A DNA stretch of 55,417 bases from Actinomycetes bacterium (GTDB lineage: Bacteria; Actinomycetota; Actinomycetes; S36-B12; UBA5976), in NCBI GenBank assembly GCA_037137575.1, contig JBAXKB010000006.1, positions 1-55,417 of the forward strand, written 5' to 3'. The notes under the pieces were generated by a model that saw nothing but the letters and a program-made list of their open reading frames with translations, ran no database searches and had not been told where the DNA came from. Numbering within the stretch: the first letter of the stretch is position 1; the number at the start of each line of letters is the position of its first letter. A program made the position numbers and the translations under genes. Of this stretch, positions 39,156 to 48,630 are shown piece after piece.

Positions 39156-40232
39156 ATGGTTGCTGTTTCATTACGAAATGGCGATGTCGATCCTGTAGTT
39201 GTTGAGGTTCGCCAACGTCTATCTCGACTTGGGTTATTGCCGGAACAAGGTGCACACGCATCACAAGTTTTCGATGATGAAGTATTGAATGCTGTTCGGC
39301 TATTCCAACAATCTCGTGGGCTAACTATCGATGGCATTGTTGGTCCGCAAACTTACCGCAGACTTGAAGAAGCTCATTGGGTACTAGGCGATCGAATTCT
39401 CACCTACATGCCTGGAAAAATGATTCATGGTGAAGACGTTGCTACCTTGCAACATAAATTGCAAGAGCTCGGGTTTAATTTAGATCGTCTTGATGGAGTC
39501 TTTGGCCCGATAACAGATCATGCAGTAAGGGAATTCCAGCGCAGCGTTGGGCTAGCTGATGATGGCACTTGCGGTCCGGCGGTGTTTGCGGCGTTTGTGC
39601 GCCTAGCTCGCACGGTTTCTGGTGGCAACCAGGAACATCTTCGCGATTTGGGCGCTATTGATTTTGGCCATGGAGTTGAATCAGCCACGATCTTGCTAGA
39701 TATCAGCGACGATGCAACAAAACTTGTCGGCACTGACATCTCGATTGCTGATGTGTGCTGGGACATTGCCACCAGGCTTGAAGGTCGCCTCTGCGCTGCG
39801 GGCAGTTTGGTTATTTTTGCTCGCGCGGCCAAATCCAGTCGGCCAGATGAACGTGACTGCGCTCGCTTAGCCAATGAACAAAAAGTTGATTTGGTTTTGT
39901 CATTACATCTAGATAAATGCGCTAACCAACTAGCAAACGGTGTGTCCACGGCTTACTTCGGGCACAGTCTTTCTAAATCTGTAATGGGTGAACGCTTAGC
40001 CGAAACTGCGCAACAGGAAATTACAACACTGACCGGTATGCGAGACTGTCGCTCACACGCGCGTACTGGCGATCTGCTGCGGTTAACCCGAATGCCAGTG
40101 GTAAAAATTGATTTGGGCTACGCCACGAATCTAAGCGATAGCCAACTTTTGGCAGATGCAACGCAGCGAGATGTTATCTCAAGTGCCTTGGCGCTAGCGG
40201 TTAGCCGCGTGCTAGCTGTTCGTATTGGTTAA
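39156..40232 (+). CDS. cwlM: CwlM-like protein (two PG-binding domains + degenerate amidase_3 domain)
   Basis: Two repeats of FQ..RGL..DGIVGP / FQ..VGL..DGTCGP, SLH, LLRLTRMP and position after trxA. Confidence 0.88.
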   Translation: MVAVSLRNGDVDPVVVEVRQRLSRLGLLPEQGAHASQVFDDEVLNAVRLFQQSRGLTIDGIVGPQTYRRLEEAHWVLGDRILTYMPGKMIHGEDVATLQHKLQELGFNLDRLDGVFGPITDHAVREFQRSVGLADDGTCGPAVFAAFVRLARTVSGGNQEHLRDLGAIDFGHGVESATILLDISDDATKLVGTDISIADVCWDIATRLEGRLCAAGSLVIFARAAKSSRPDERDCARLANEQKVDLVLSLHLDKCANQLANGVSTAYFGHSLSKSVMGERLAETAQQEITTLTGMRDCRSHARTGDLLRLTRMPVVKIDLGYATNLSDSQLLADATQRDVISSALALAVSRVLAVRIG

Positions 40233-40363
40233 CCATTTCGCCAGCTCTTGAATAATTACAGATCTACTTAGCGCATCTGCTAGGCGCTCACCTCTGACAA
40301 ACCGAGCTCGCCAGGTGCGCTATCTTGAGCGTATTGCTACTTTGACCACTGGAAAATGATAAT

Positions 40364-40379
40364 TGTGATTTACATCACA
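40364..40379. promoter_or_regulatory. CRP/GlxR-type binding site
   Basis: Perfect TGTGA-TTTACA-TCACA. Confidence 0.55.
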
Positions 40380-40388
40380 TAAAGTTAC

Positions 40389-40417
40389 TTCTCCACAGGT
40401 TGTTCACCTGTGTACAA
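40389..40417. promoter_or_regulatory. Degenerate DnaA-box cluster after the parB stop
   Basis: TTCTCCACA, TTGTTCACC and TGTGTACAA in close array. Confidence 0.5.
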
Positions 40418-40419
40418 CC

Positions 40420-41487
40420 CTAAAGTAGAGGTTCACCGAACATGCCCCGGGTTGGGGGATCAACGATTTCAACAATTCGGCGCAAATCTTCTAACGTAGC
40501 GAATTCAATGATGACTTTCCCCCGTTTTTGCCCAACAGCCAGGCTCACTCGAGTATCTAATCGGGCCGACATCCGCTCACCTAGTTCAGTTAAGCCAGGC
40601 GCACTAATTACTCCCTTGGCCTTAGTCGGTTTGCTCGGTTTTGACTTATCGGCCAGGCCGACAGACACAATTTCTTCCACGCTACGTACCGATAAGCCTT
40701 CAGCGACAATGCGAGCAGCTAACTTCTCAATTGCATCGGCATCTTTCAAGCCCAGCAGTGCGCGAGCATGGCCAGCGGAAAGTACCCCAGCTGCTACTCG
40801 ACGCTGCACCGATGCTGGCAGGTTCAAGAGTCGCAGGGTATTCGAGATTTGTGGACGAGAGCGACCGAGTCGGGTCGCCAACTCCTCTTGGGTGCAACCA
40901 AAATCTTCGAGAAGTTGATGGTAGGCCGCCGCTTCTTCAAGCGGGGTTAACTGGGAGCGATGTAAGTTTTCTAATAATGCATCGCGCAGCATTTGCTCAT
41001 CTGCTGTTTGGCGAACTAGCGCCGCGATGGTTTTCAGGCCGGCTTGTTTACTTGCCCGGAACCGTCGCTCGCCAGCGATCAATTCATAGCCAGAGTCAGT
41101 TGGGCGCACCACAATTGGCTGTAGCAGGCCAATTTCTGTGATCGAGTGAACCAATTCAGTTAAAGCCTCTTCGTCAAAATGTTTACGAGGCTGGGCTGCA
41201 TTTGGCACAATTTGGCTAATCGGCAGTTCCATTAAAGTCAGGCCAGCAACCTCAAATGCAGTTGCCTGCGCCTTGGCATTGGCTGGAACAGTGCTACTAG
41301 TTTCTGCAGTTGACTTGCTTTTGGTTGCTCCCGAGTCAGCGGGCGCAGTTACAGATTTGGCTGCAGCCGCTGCGCCCTCAATCGTGGTCGCTGTTGCCGG
41401 ATCAGAAACCTGCGCCGATGATGTTTCACGTGAAACATCGGGGATGAGCGCATTTAGCCCTCTACCTAGACTTTGTCGTTTTGCCAT
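40420..41487 (-). CDS. parB: Chromosome partitioning protein ParB
   Basis: LGRGLNALI, QPRKHF, GLLQPI, AGERRFRA, ENLHR and an HTH. Confidence 0.97.
   Translation of the reverse strand: MAKRQSLGRGLNALIPDVSRETSSAQVSDPATATTIEGAAAAAKSVTAPADSGATKSKSTAETSSTVPANAKAQATAFEVAGLTLMELPISQIVPNAAQPRKHFDEEALTELVHSITEIGLLQPIVVRPTDSGYELIAGERRFRASKQAGLKTIAALVRQTADEQMLRDALLENLHRSQLTPLEEAAAYHQLLEDFGCTQEELATRLGRSRPQISNTLRLLNLPASVQRRVAAGVLSAGHARALLGLKDADAIEKLAARIVAEGLSVRSVEEIVSVGLADKSKPSKPTKAKGVISAPGLTELGERMSARLDTRVSLAVGQKRGKVIIEFATLEDLRRIVEIVDPPTRGMFGEPLL
41422..41437. promoter_or_regulatory. parS site (inside parB)
   Basis: Perfect TGTTTCACGTGAAACA within a 20-bp palindrome (41420-41439). Confidence 0.95.
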
Positions 41488-41510
41488 CTTTTGCCTCTTT
41501 TCTTGCCTAA

Positions 41511-42386
41511 TTAGCCGCGGGCGGCGATCTCACGAGCGGCAGCCAAATAGGCCACTGCCCCAGAGGATCCTGGATCGTAAGTTAAAACGGTTTGCCCAAA
41601 TGACGGCGCTTCAGCCACATATGTTGAGCGGGGAATTGCAGTTTCGAGCACTAAATCACCAAAATAGCCCCGCACCTCTTGGGCTACCTGCACTGAAAGG
41701 TTGGTCCGTGAGTTGTACATAGTAAGCAAAATCGTGCTAACCGCTAGCGCCGGATTTAGTCGGTCGCGAGCAAATTCAATGGTGCGCAATAGTTGCTGAA
41801 CCCCTTCAAGGGCATAGAACTCGCACTGAATTGGAATTAAGACTTCCGAGACCGCGGCTAACGCATTAATGGTGAGCATGCCTAAACTCGGCGGACAATC
41901 AACAAAGACGTAGTCTAAGTCCCGAACCTCGAGTAGCTGGGCTATTGCATTCTTTAATAAAAACGGGCGCTCATTTTCGGCAAAATTTGTGATCAGTTCA
42001 ATGTCTGCGCCAGCTAAATCTAGCGATGCGGGCAAACACCAAAGGGTTTCATAGCCTGGGGCCAGAACCATCGTTTCGGCGATATTAGCCCCATCGACTA
42101 AGACGTCATAGGTCCCAATCGCATCTTCGTGATGATCTACGGCTAAAGCGGTAGAGGCATTACCTTGTGGGTCCAAATCAATAACCAGCACATTTAGCCC
42201 ACCTAAAGCTAAGGATGCGGCCAAATTCACTGAAGAAGTAGTTTTGCCAACGCCACCTTTTTGATTGGCAACAGTTAAAACCCGGGGACTTTGTGGCTTT
42301 TGGAAACTTCCCTTTAAGCCCATACGAACATAAACGGCCGCCGCAGCCGCAGCCGCTAACGGGGTGTCTTCGTCACTGAAATCCAT
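41511..42386 (-). CDS. parA: Chromosome partitioning ATPase ParA
   Basis: NQKGGVGKTT, DLDPQGN, DCPPSLG and EAPSFG. Start uncertain (42386-42455). Confidence 0.96.
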   Translation of the reverse strand: MDFSDEDTPLAAAAAAAVYVRMGLKGSFQKPQSPRVLTVANQKGGVGKTTSSVNLAASLALGGLNVLVIDLDPQGNASTALAVDHHEDAIGTYDVLVDGANIAETMVLAPGYETLWCLPASLDLAGADIELITNFAENERPFLLKNAIAQLLEVRDLDYVFVDCPPSLGMLTINALAAVSEVLIPIQCEFYALEGVQQLLRTIEFARDRLNPALAVSTILLTMYNSRTNLSVQVAQEVRGYFGDLVLETAIPRSTYVAEAPSFGQTVLTYDPGSSGAVAYLAAAREIAARG

Positions 42387-42499
42387 GAACTTGGGTCCTA
42401 CCTTCTTGCCGTAAGCATATTGCATGGCGCAGACAACTAATTGGTTGCCATCCACATTTTAGGAAATTCTGCAGGTTTATGGCACCTTTTGCCAAGAAC

Positions 42500-43108
42500 T
42501 TAGCGAGTAACTCGCACAATTGTTGTCGGTGGATCGACGAATGCGCTGCCAGCCTGGCAAATTTCTACCTGATACTTGCGCAATTTTCCTTGCGCATCTG
42601 CAATTTCTTGGGCTGCATTGCTGCCTTTCATAGCCAGCAGCTCCCCGCCCTGCGCCACTAGCGGCATCGCCCAGCCGAGTAATCGCTCCAGTGGAGCAAC
42701 TGCCCTAGCGGTTACCACACTCGCTTTGCGGTCTTTGACTTGTTCCGCCCTGGCGCGGATTACTGTGACATTTTCCAGGCCCAAATCAGTAACTACTTCT
42801 TGCAAAAACTCGCTGCGGCGTAAAAGCGGCTCTACTAAGGTGACCTGGCAATCTAGTCTGATAATGGCAACTACCAAACCAGGCAAGCCTGCGCCACTGC
42901 CAATATCGATTACGCTGGCCCCAGCCGGAATAAGTTCAGTCAAGGCAGCGCAATTGGCTAAGTGGCGATCCCAAATTCGGTCGACTTCACGCGGACCAAG
43001 CAAACCCCGAACAACGCCCTCGGTGGCAAGCCAATTGGCATAAGAATCGAGATTTGCGCCAGCTGCCGGGAACGCTTCAAGTAAGGCTTGATGTTTCACG
43101 TGAAACAT
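42500..43108 (-). CDS. rsmG: 16S rRNA m7G527 methyltransferase
   Basis: WDRHLANC, DIGSGAGLPG, TARAVA and MKG. Confidence 0.95.
   Translation of the reverse strand: MFHVKHQALLEAFPAAGANLDSYANWLATEGVVRGLLGPREVDRIWDRHLANCAALTELIPAGASVIDIGSGAGLPGLVVAIIRLDCQVTLVEPLLRRSEFLQEVVTDLGLENVTVIRARAEQVKDRKASVVTARAVAPLERLLGWAMPLVAQGGELLAMKGSNAAQEIADAQGKLRKYQVEICQAGSAFVDPPTTIVRVTR
43092..43107. promoter_or_regulatory. parS site (overlapping the rsmG start)
   Basis: Perfect TGTTTCACGTGAAACA, which encodes MFHVKH. Confidence 0.95.
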
Positions 43109-43138
43109 TAACCTCGCAATTCTGGTTAGGTTTGCCGA

Positions 43139-43606
43139 TTAAGCGGGGTGAACAACGATTCGACGATTTGGCGTTTCGCCTTCAGAGACACTCTTTGCCC
43201 CCGCATCAGAAACTGCGTCGTGCACCACTTTACGTTCAAAAGATGTCATTATTCGCAGTTTGATTGGCTCGCCAGTTTCTAGCACCTTAGCCGCAGTTTC
43301 TTGGCCAAGTTCGGTAAGTTCAGCACGCACTTGCTCGCGGTGGCCGGAGATGTCAAGCATTAACCGAGAACGTTCGCCGGTTTCCCGAGTTACTGCCAAA
43401 CGAGTTAACTCCTGCAGTGCATCAAGCACTTTGCCTTTATCGCCAACGAGTTGGCTCAGGTCGGCTCCAACAATACTGACTACCGCTCGCCCATTTTCAA
43501 CATCCATATCGATGTCGCCGTCGAGATCTGCAATATCTAAGATGCCTTCTAAATAGTCAGCAGCTACGTCGCCTTCTTGTTCTAACAAATTACTTTTTTC
43601 AGACAT
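43139..43606 (-). CDS. jag: Jag/KhpB KH + R3H RNA-binding protein
   Basis: EGDVAADYLE, LVG..G.VLDALQELTR and ERKVVH. Confidence 0.92.
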   Translation of the reverse strand: MSEKSNLLEQEGDVAADYLEGILDIADLDGDIDMDVENGRAVVSIVGADLSQLVGDKGKVLDALQELTRLAVTRETGERSRLMLDISGHREQVRAELTELGQETAAKVLETGEPIKLRIMTSFERKVVHDAVSDAGAKSVSEGETPNRRIVVHPA

Positions 43607-43637
43607 GATGCCCCTTTCTTAGGAAACGGCTCGGCAC

Positions 43638-43653
43638 CGTTTCACGTGAAACT
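43638..43653. promoter_or_regulatory. parS site (at the yidC stop)
   Basis: Core GTTTCACGTGAAAC at 43639-43652. Confidence 0.9.
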
Positions 43654-44570
43654 TAGTTTTTCTTCTTACGAGACTTACGGCTTGGTTGATTACGGATAGT
43701 TTTTGAATTTGTATCTAGCTCGGGATCTAAAAGACCTGATTCGATAGCCCCGGTTGCATTGGGGGTTTTAGCTGCCTTTGCGGCTTTTCTAGCTGCAAGA
43801 GCTGCCTCGGCTGGAGTTCCTGGCGCAGGACTATTACGGATTACATAGAACTGTTGGCCCATAGTCCAAAGGTTGGTGGTTAGCCAGTACAGCAAAACAC
43901 CTACTGGAAAGTTAATACCTGAAATGGCGAAAATAAATGGGAATACATAGAGCAGAATCTTCTGCTGCTGCACCATTGGGTTATCGGCAGCTGAGTTTTT
44001 CACAATCAATTGACGCTGAGTCAAGAAGGTGGTTGCGGTCATCAAAACGATCAAAACGACCGTAACGATTGCGGTAGCCGACGGATTTGCAGTATCAATA
44101 CGATGAGTGAAAGTTGAATAAAGCGGTGCGCTAAAAATAGTGGCATTGTGCGCGGACTTTAGCAATTCTGTGGAAATTCCGCCTTTAGAGTGCAACTGCG
44201 CAATGCCTTGTAAAACCTGGAATAGGGCGAAGAAAATTGGAGCCTGAGCCAAAATTGGCAAACAACTAGATAGGGGATTTGTGCCGGTTTCCTTGTAGAG
44301 CTTCATTAACTCTTGCGAGGTGCGTTCACGATCGCCCGCAAACTTGCGCTGAATCTCTTTAACCTGCGGCTGAATTAGCTGCATGTTGCGCTGGCTCTTG
44401 ATTTGCTTAACAAAAAGTGGAATCAGCAGAATACGGATTAAAACCACTAAGCACACAATAGATAGCGCCCATGCCCAGCCACTGTCTGGGTTGAAAACAA
44501 GTGAAAGAACTTTGTGGAAAAACGTCAAAATACTTGCAACGATGGTTTCCAGCCAATTTAACGGATTCAT
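43653..44570 (-). CDS. yidC: Membrane protein insertase YidC
   Basis: [24 protein letters not shown] and [15 protein letters not shown]. Confidence 0.96.
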   Translation of the reverse strand: MNPLNWLETIVASILTFFHKVLSLVFNPDSGWAWALSIVCLVVLIRILLIPLFVKQIKSQRNMQLIQPQVKEIQRKFAGDRERTSQELMKLYKETGTNPLSSCLPILAQAPIFFALFQVLQGIAQLHSKGGISTELLKSAHNATIFSAPLYSTFTHRIDTANPSATAIVTVVLIVLMTATTFLTQRQLIVKNSAADNPMVQQQKILLYVFPFIFAISGINFPVGVLLYWLTTNLWTMGQQFYVIRNSPAPGTPAEAALAARKAAKAAKTPNATGAIESGLLDPELDTNSKTIRNQPSRKSRKKKN

Positions 44571-44905
44571 CCGCGGCTTACCTGCCTATCCTTATTAGTT
44601 GAAAGTTCAATTACTTTCGGGTTGCGCCATGTTCCACGTTCTGGAACTGGATCAACCCCACCTGCTGCCCAAGGGTGACACCTAAGTATTCGCCCTGCGG
44701 TTAAAAGAATACCTTTAACTGCTCCGTGTGTTGTAACCGCGGTGGCCCCAAATTGCGAACACGATGGATAGTAACGACAGGTCGGCCCGAATAATGGGCT
44801 AATGAATTTTTGGTAAGCCTGAATGGGAACCAATATCAGCAGCACTAGTAAGCGCCCGAAACTGGCTTGCCAGAGTTTTTTCACCATTGAAATTACCTTG
44901 CGCAT
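44567..44905 (-). CDS. yidD: Membrane protein insertion efficiency factor YidD
   Basis: [18 protein letters not shown] and [15 protein letters not shown]. Confidence 0.95.
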   Translation of the reverse strand: MRKVISMVKKLWQASFGRLLVLLILVPIQAYQKFISPLFGPTCRYYPSCSQFGATAVTTHGAVKGILLTAGRILRCHPWAAGGVDPVPERGTWRNPKVIELSTNKDRQVSRG

Positions 44906-45234
44906 TATTTCACCTTGGCGATCGTTTCCGAAAACGCCTGACCCAACTGCGCAAAACTAGCTTGTCGAATGGGTGGCAACGCTCGAACAACAATGTGGCT
45001 ACCCACTGGGACCGAATTCAAATTATGGGAAACGACTTCGCGCAACTGCCGGGTGATTCGATGGCGCACGACTGAATTTCCAACCTTTTTATTCACCGCA
45101 AAAGCGAATTTGGCACTGGAATCATTGGTTTTTACCACGTGTAGCACAAAATATGGATTGGCGTGGCGACGTCCTGCCCGCAAGGTGGCAGTGATTTGGG
45201 TAGTAGCGCTTAGCCGCAGCGCGGCGGGAAGCAT
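44905..45234 (-). CDS. rnpA: Ribonuclease P protein component
   Basis: MLPAALRL and [17 protein letters not shown] (RNR-type motif). Confidence 0.93.
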   Translation of the reverse strand: MLPAALRLSATTQITATLRAGRRHANPYFVLHVVKTNDSSAKFAFAVNKKVGNSVVRHRITRQLREVVSHNLNSVPVGSHIVVRALPPIRQASFAQLGQAFSETIAKVK

Positions 45235-45238
45235 AAGG

Positions 45239-45376
45239 TTACGCAGAAATTTTTGCGCGGCCCTTGGCGCGACGTGATGAAAGAATTCCACGACCTGCGC
45301 GGGTGCTCATGCGCACGCGAAAACCGTGAGTCTTGGCCCGGCGACGATTGTTGGGCTGGAAGGTGCGCTTTGTCAT
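45239..45376 (-). CDS. rpmH: 50S ribosomal protein L34
   Basis: [23 protein letters not shown]. Confidence 0.97.
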   Translation of the reverse strand: MTKRTFQPNNRRRAKTHGFRVRMSTRAGRGILSSRRAKGRAKISA

Positions 45377-45499
45377 TTCTACGGCTCTTTCAGGAAGGTC
45401 AATGAACATCATAAAGATACGCGTAATCGCTCGGTTGGTCAAACTGGTGCAGGGGTCAACTTATCGGTTCAAGTTTCTTTACACAGCCACTTGTCAAAA

Positions 45500-45541
45500 T
45501 TATCCACAGGTCGTAGTCTGCTGAATCTAGCCTGTGGACAA
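45500..45541. promoter_or_regulatory. DnaA boxes in the dnaA promoter/leader
   Basis: TTATCCACA at 45500-45508 and TGTGGACAA at 45533-45541. Confidence 0.8.
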
Positions 45542-45557
45542 ATCAAGGAGAACACCA

Positions 45558-47003
45558 ATGGATAGCGTGGATTTGAACGAAGCGTGGGCCAAAACCTTGG
45601 AAACACTGTCAAAAGGCGCATTAACTGCCCAACAACGCGCATTCGTTACTTTAACCAGGCCGCTGGGTTTAGTTGGCGATACTGCCCTAATTGCGGCGCC
45701 AAATGAATTCACTAAAGATGTTTTGGAGAGTCGCTTAAGCCCAATTGTTTGTGACGCACTCTCGGCGACTCTCGGCCGAGAAATTCGTCTTGCCGTAACA
45801 GTCGATGAATCCATCGCACCAGAACTAGATGATGAGGCAACCGATGAACTTGCCGACTCTACTTATGCAGACATTCAAAGCACCGAACTAACCTCAGATC
45901 CAAATCCAGCTCTGCCGCCACAAGCCTCGCGCGGACCGTCGCCTGTGCCACGCACCGATGAACAAGGTAGCCGGCTAAATCCGAAATACACCTTCGACAC
46001 ATTCGTGCCCGGTGCGTCAAACCGATTTGCCCACGCTGCTGCTCGCGCTGTTGCCGAGGCGCCCGGTAAGGCCTACAACCCGCTTTTCATTTATGGCGAA
46101 TCTGGTTTGGGTAAGACTCACTTATTACATGCGATTGGCCACTACACCCGCACACTTTATGCCGGTTCAAAAGTGCGTTACGTCAGTAGTGAGGAATTCA
46201 CAAACCAATTCATCAACTCAATTCGTGACGACAAGGCTAAGGAATTCCAGCGTAAATACCGCGACATCGATGTCTTGCTTGTGGACGACATCCAGTTTCT
46301 TAGCGGAAAAGTCCAGACCCAGGAAGAGTTTTTCCATACCTGGAACACTTTAATTAATGCGAATAAGCAAATTGTGGTTACTTCTGATTTGCCACCAAAA
46401 CAACTACAAGGCTTCGAAGATCGAATGGTTTCTCGATTCGCAAGTGCCCTGCCAACAGATGTTCAACCACCCGATTTGGAAACTCGTATCGCAATTTTGC
46501 GTAAGAAATGTGCACAAGAAAGATTGAGTGCGCCCCAAGACGTACTGGAATTTATTGCATCAAAAATGTCAACCAACATCCGTGAGCTCGAAGGTGCGCT
46601 GATTCGAGTAACTGCATTTGCAAGTTTAAATCGCTCACCAGTTGATTTAAATCTGGCTGAAATTGTGCTCAAAGATTTGATCACCGATGCAAGCGGTCCA
46701 GAAATTTCCGCTAGCTCAATCATGGCTCAGACCGCGAACTATTTTGGGGTAACACTTGACGACCTAACTGGCGCAAGTCGATCGCGCACTCTGGTTACTG
46801 CCCGGCAGATCGCAATGTATCTGTGCCGCGAGTTAACTGACTTATCGCTGCCGAAAATTGGACAACAATTTGGTGGCCGCGATCACACAACAGTGATGCA
46901 TGCTGACCGTAAAGTTCGCCAGTTAATCGCTGAGCGCCGAAGTTTGTACAACCAAATCAGTGATCTAACCGCTCGAATTAAAGCGCAACCGCGCCCGATG
47001 TAG
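45558..47003 (+). CDS. dnaA: Chromosomal replication initiator DnaA
   Basis: LNPKYTFDTFV, GESGLGKTHL, DDIQF and GGRDHTTV. RBS AAGGAG precedes the ATG at 45558. Confidence 0.98.
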   Translation: MDSVDLNEAWAKTLETLSKGALTAQQRAFVTLTRPLGLVGDTALIAAPNEFTKDVLESRLSPIVCDALSATLGREIRLAVTVDESIAPELDDEATDELADSTYADIQSTELTSDPNPALPPQASRGPSPVPRTDEQGSRLNPKYTFDTFVPGASNRFAHAAARAVAEAPGKAYNPLFIYGESGLGKTHLLHAIGHYTRTLYAGSKVRYVSSEEFTNQFINSIRDDKAKEFQRKYRDIDVLLVDDIQFLSGKVQTQEEFFHTWNTLINANKQIVVTSDLPPKQLQGFEDRMVSRFASALPTDVQPPDLETRIAILRKKCAQERLSAPQDVLEFIASKMSTNIRELEGALIRVTAFASLNRSPVDLNLAEIVLKDLITDASGPEISASSIMAQTANYFGVTLDDLTGASRSRTLVTARQIAMYLCRELTDLSLPKIGQQFGGRDHTTVMHADRKVRQLIAERRSLYNQISDLTARIKAQPRPM

Positions 47004-47502
47004 CTAATAACTAACAAATTACATTTTTTGCTAGTTATGTCAGTTAATTCACAATAGATAACAATATGCACAATGTGGATAACTTTGTGGATAACTTTTT
47101 TGATTAAAACTTTAAATTTTCGGTTGTAGTTAACCTGCTGGAAACTGGCTTTATTTCCACACAAACCTGTGGATAACTGTGGATAACTTTAAATTATGGC
47201 GGAGGTTGTGGATAAGTATGAAAACTACCCACACGTTCATACCCAGCTTAAATCTTTTATTTATAAGGTTAGATCTAGGTTTTCCACAGTATCCACCGGT
47301 GCTACTACAACTATTAAAAGATATATATCCAACTCTCAATACTCAACTAAGTTGTTGACGACCAAAATTAGCAGCGCTAATAATTACAAAAAATTTCCAA
47401 ACACCACTAGTAACTTGTCTGCTGCATATGGCAACATAAAGGCTCACTAAAGTACTAAGTACAAAAGATTTTTAATTTATTAATCAGCGGGTAGGAATCA
47501 CT
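47004..47502. other. Replication origin oriC
   Basis: AT-rich dnaA-dnaN spacer. Perfect TGTGGATAA at 47074, 47086, 47168, 47178 and 47207. Tandem boxes at 47280-47297 are followed by GGTG, DnaA-trio-like CTACTACAACTATTA (47302-47316) and an AT-rich tract. Confidence 0.93.
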
Positions 47503-48630
47503 GTGAAGTTTCAAGTAGATCGAGATTTAATTGCTGAAGCGGCGGTATGGGTTGGCAGGGTAATTCCACAACGCCCAACCCAGCCGATCTTGCGCGGAAT
47601 CCACATCATTGCCGCTGACAATAAGTTGGTTATTTCTGGATCAGATTTAGATGTTCGTAACCAAGAAATAATTTCAGCTAACGTAATTGAACCCGGTGAA
47701 GTTTTAATCTCTGGCCGCTTACTTTCAGACATCATGCGCGCGCTGCCAGCTGCGCCAATTGATGTTGCAACAGATGGCACTCGTATTGAGATCACAAGTG
47801 GTAGGTCTTCTTTCACACTACAAACAATGCCTACGGCTGAATATCCACCAGCACTAGAGATTCCACAAGCAAGTGGAACAGTTAACGCAAAAGATTTCAC
47901 AACTGCAATATCACAAATTGGTGTAGCGGCGGCGCGTGATGATTTCAGACAACATCTAACCGGAATCAACTTCATTGTTGAAGGTAACGATATTGAGTTA
48001 GCTGCAACAGATGGCAACCGCTTAGCTGTAGCGAAATTAAATTGGTCACCTACTTCTACAAAAATTTCTACAACTGCGTTAGTGCCAGCAAAATACATTG
48101 TTGACATCGCAAAAACACTTTCACCAAATGATGAAATAACACTTTCATTTGCCCAGGGCAATGAAGGCCTAATCGGAATTACCGCCGGAAATCGTCAAAC
48201 AATTAGTCGCACAATCGCAAGCACTTTCCCGACCTATAAATCTTTGTTAGATTTCGAACCGACGTCTACTGTTTCGATCGATACTGCAAAATTAATTGAA
48301 ACTGTTAAACGCGTTTCACTAGTTCTAGATCACAACTCACCGATTGCACTAAGTTTTGAAGACGGTGAAACCTGTGTATTCGGTGCTGGCGGAATTGGCG
48401 AGCGATCAGAGGCACGTGAGTATTTAGAAAGCTCGCTAACTGGTGAAAGTCTGACTCTTGGTTTCTTCCCGAACTTCCTAATTGAGGGACTTTCTTCATT
48501 AAACGGCGCTATTACTGAAATCTCTTTAACTGCGCCAATGAAGCCAGCTTTATTGGTGGGTAAGCCAGAGGTTGATGCAGCTGCGAGCGATGCTCATAAA
48601 TATTTGTTACTACCTCGCCGTCTCGACTAA
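47503..48630 (+). CDS. dnaN: DNA polymerase III beta clamp
   Basis: P.L.GI, AATDGNRLA and C-terminal YLLLPRR. Follows oriC. Confidence 0.95.
   Translation: MKFQVDRDLIAEAAVWVGRVIPQRPTQPILRGIHIIAADNKLVISGSDLDVRNQEIISANVIEPGEVLISGRLLSDIMRALPAAPIDVATDGTRIEITSGRSSFTLQTMPTAEYPPALEIPQASGTVNAKDFTTAISQIGVAAARDDFRQHLTGINFIVEGNDIELAATDGNRLAVAKLNWSPTSTKISTTALVPAKYIVDIAKTLSPNDEITLSFAQGNEGLIGITAGNRQTISRTIASTFPTYKSLLDFEPTSTVSIDTAKLIETVKRVSLVLDHNSPIALSFEDGETCVFGAGGIGERSEAREYLESSLTGESLTLGFFPNFLIEGLSSLNGAITEISLTAPMKPALLVGKPEVDAAASDAHKYLLLPRRLD

Noticed and set aside
47040-47300. Repeated TGTGGATAAC units as a possible CRISPR array or iterons
   Set aside because: These are 9-bp DnaA boxes with irregular spacing, and there are no cas genes.
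47151-47450. Short ORFs across the dnaA-dnaN spacer
   Set aside because: They are chance ORFs over oriC DnaA boxes and AT-rich DNA.
47511-48161. 216-aa antisense ORF
   Set aside because: It is a shadow of dnaN with no recognisable motifs.
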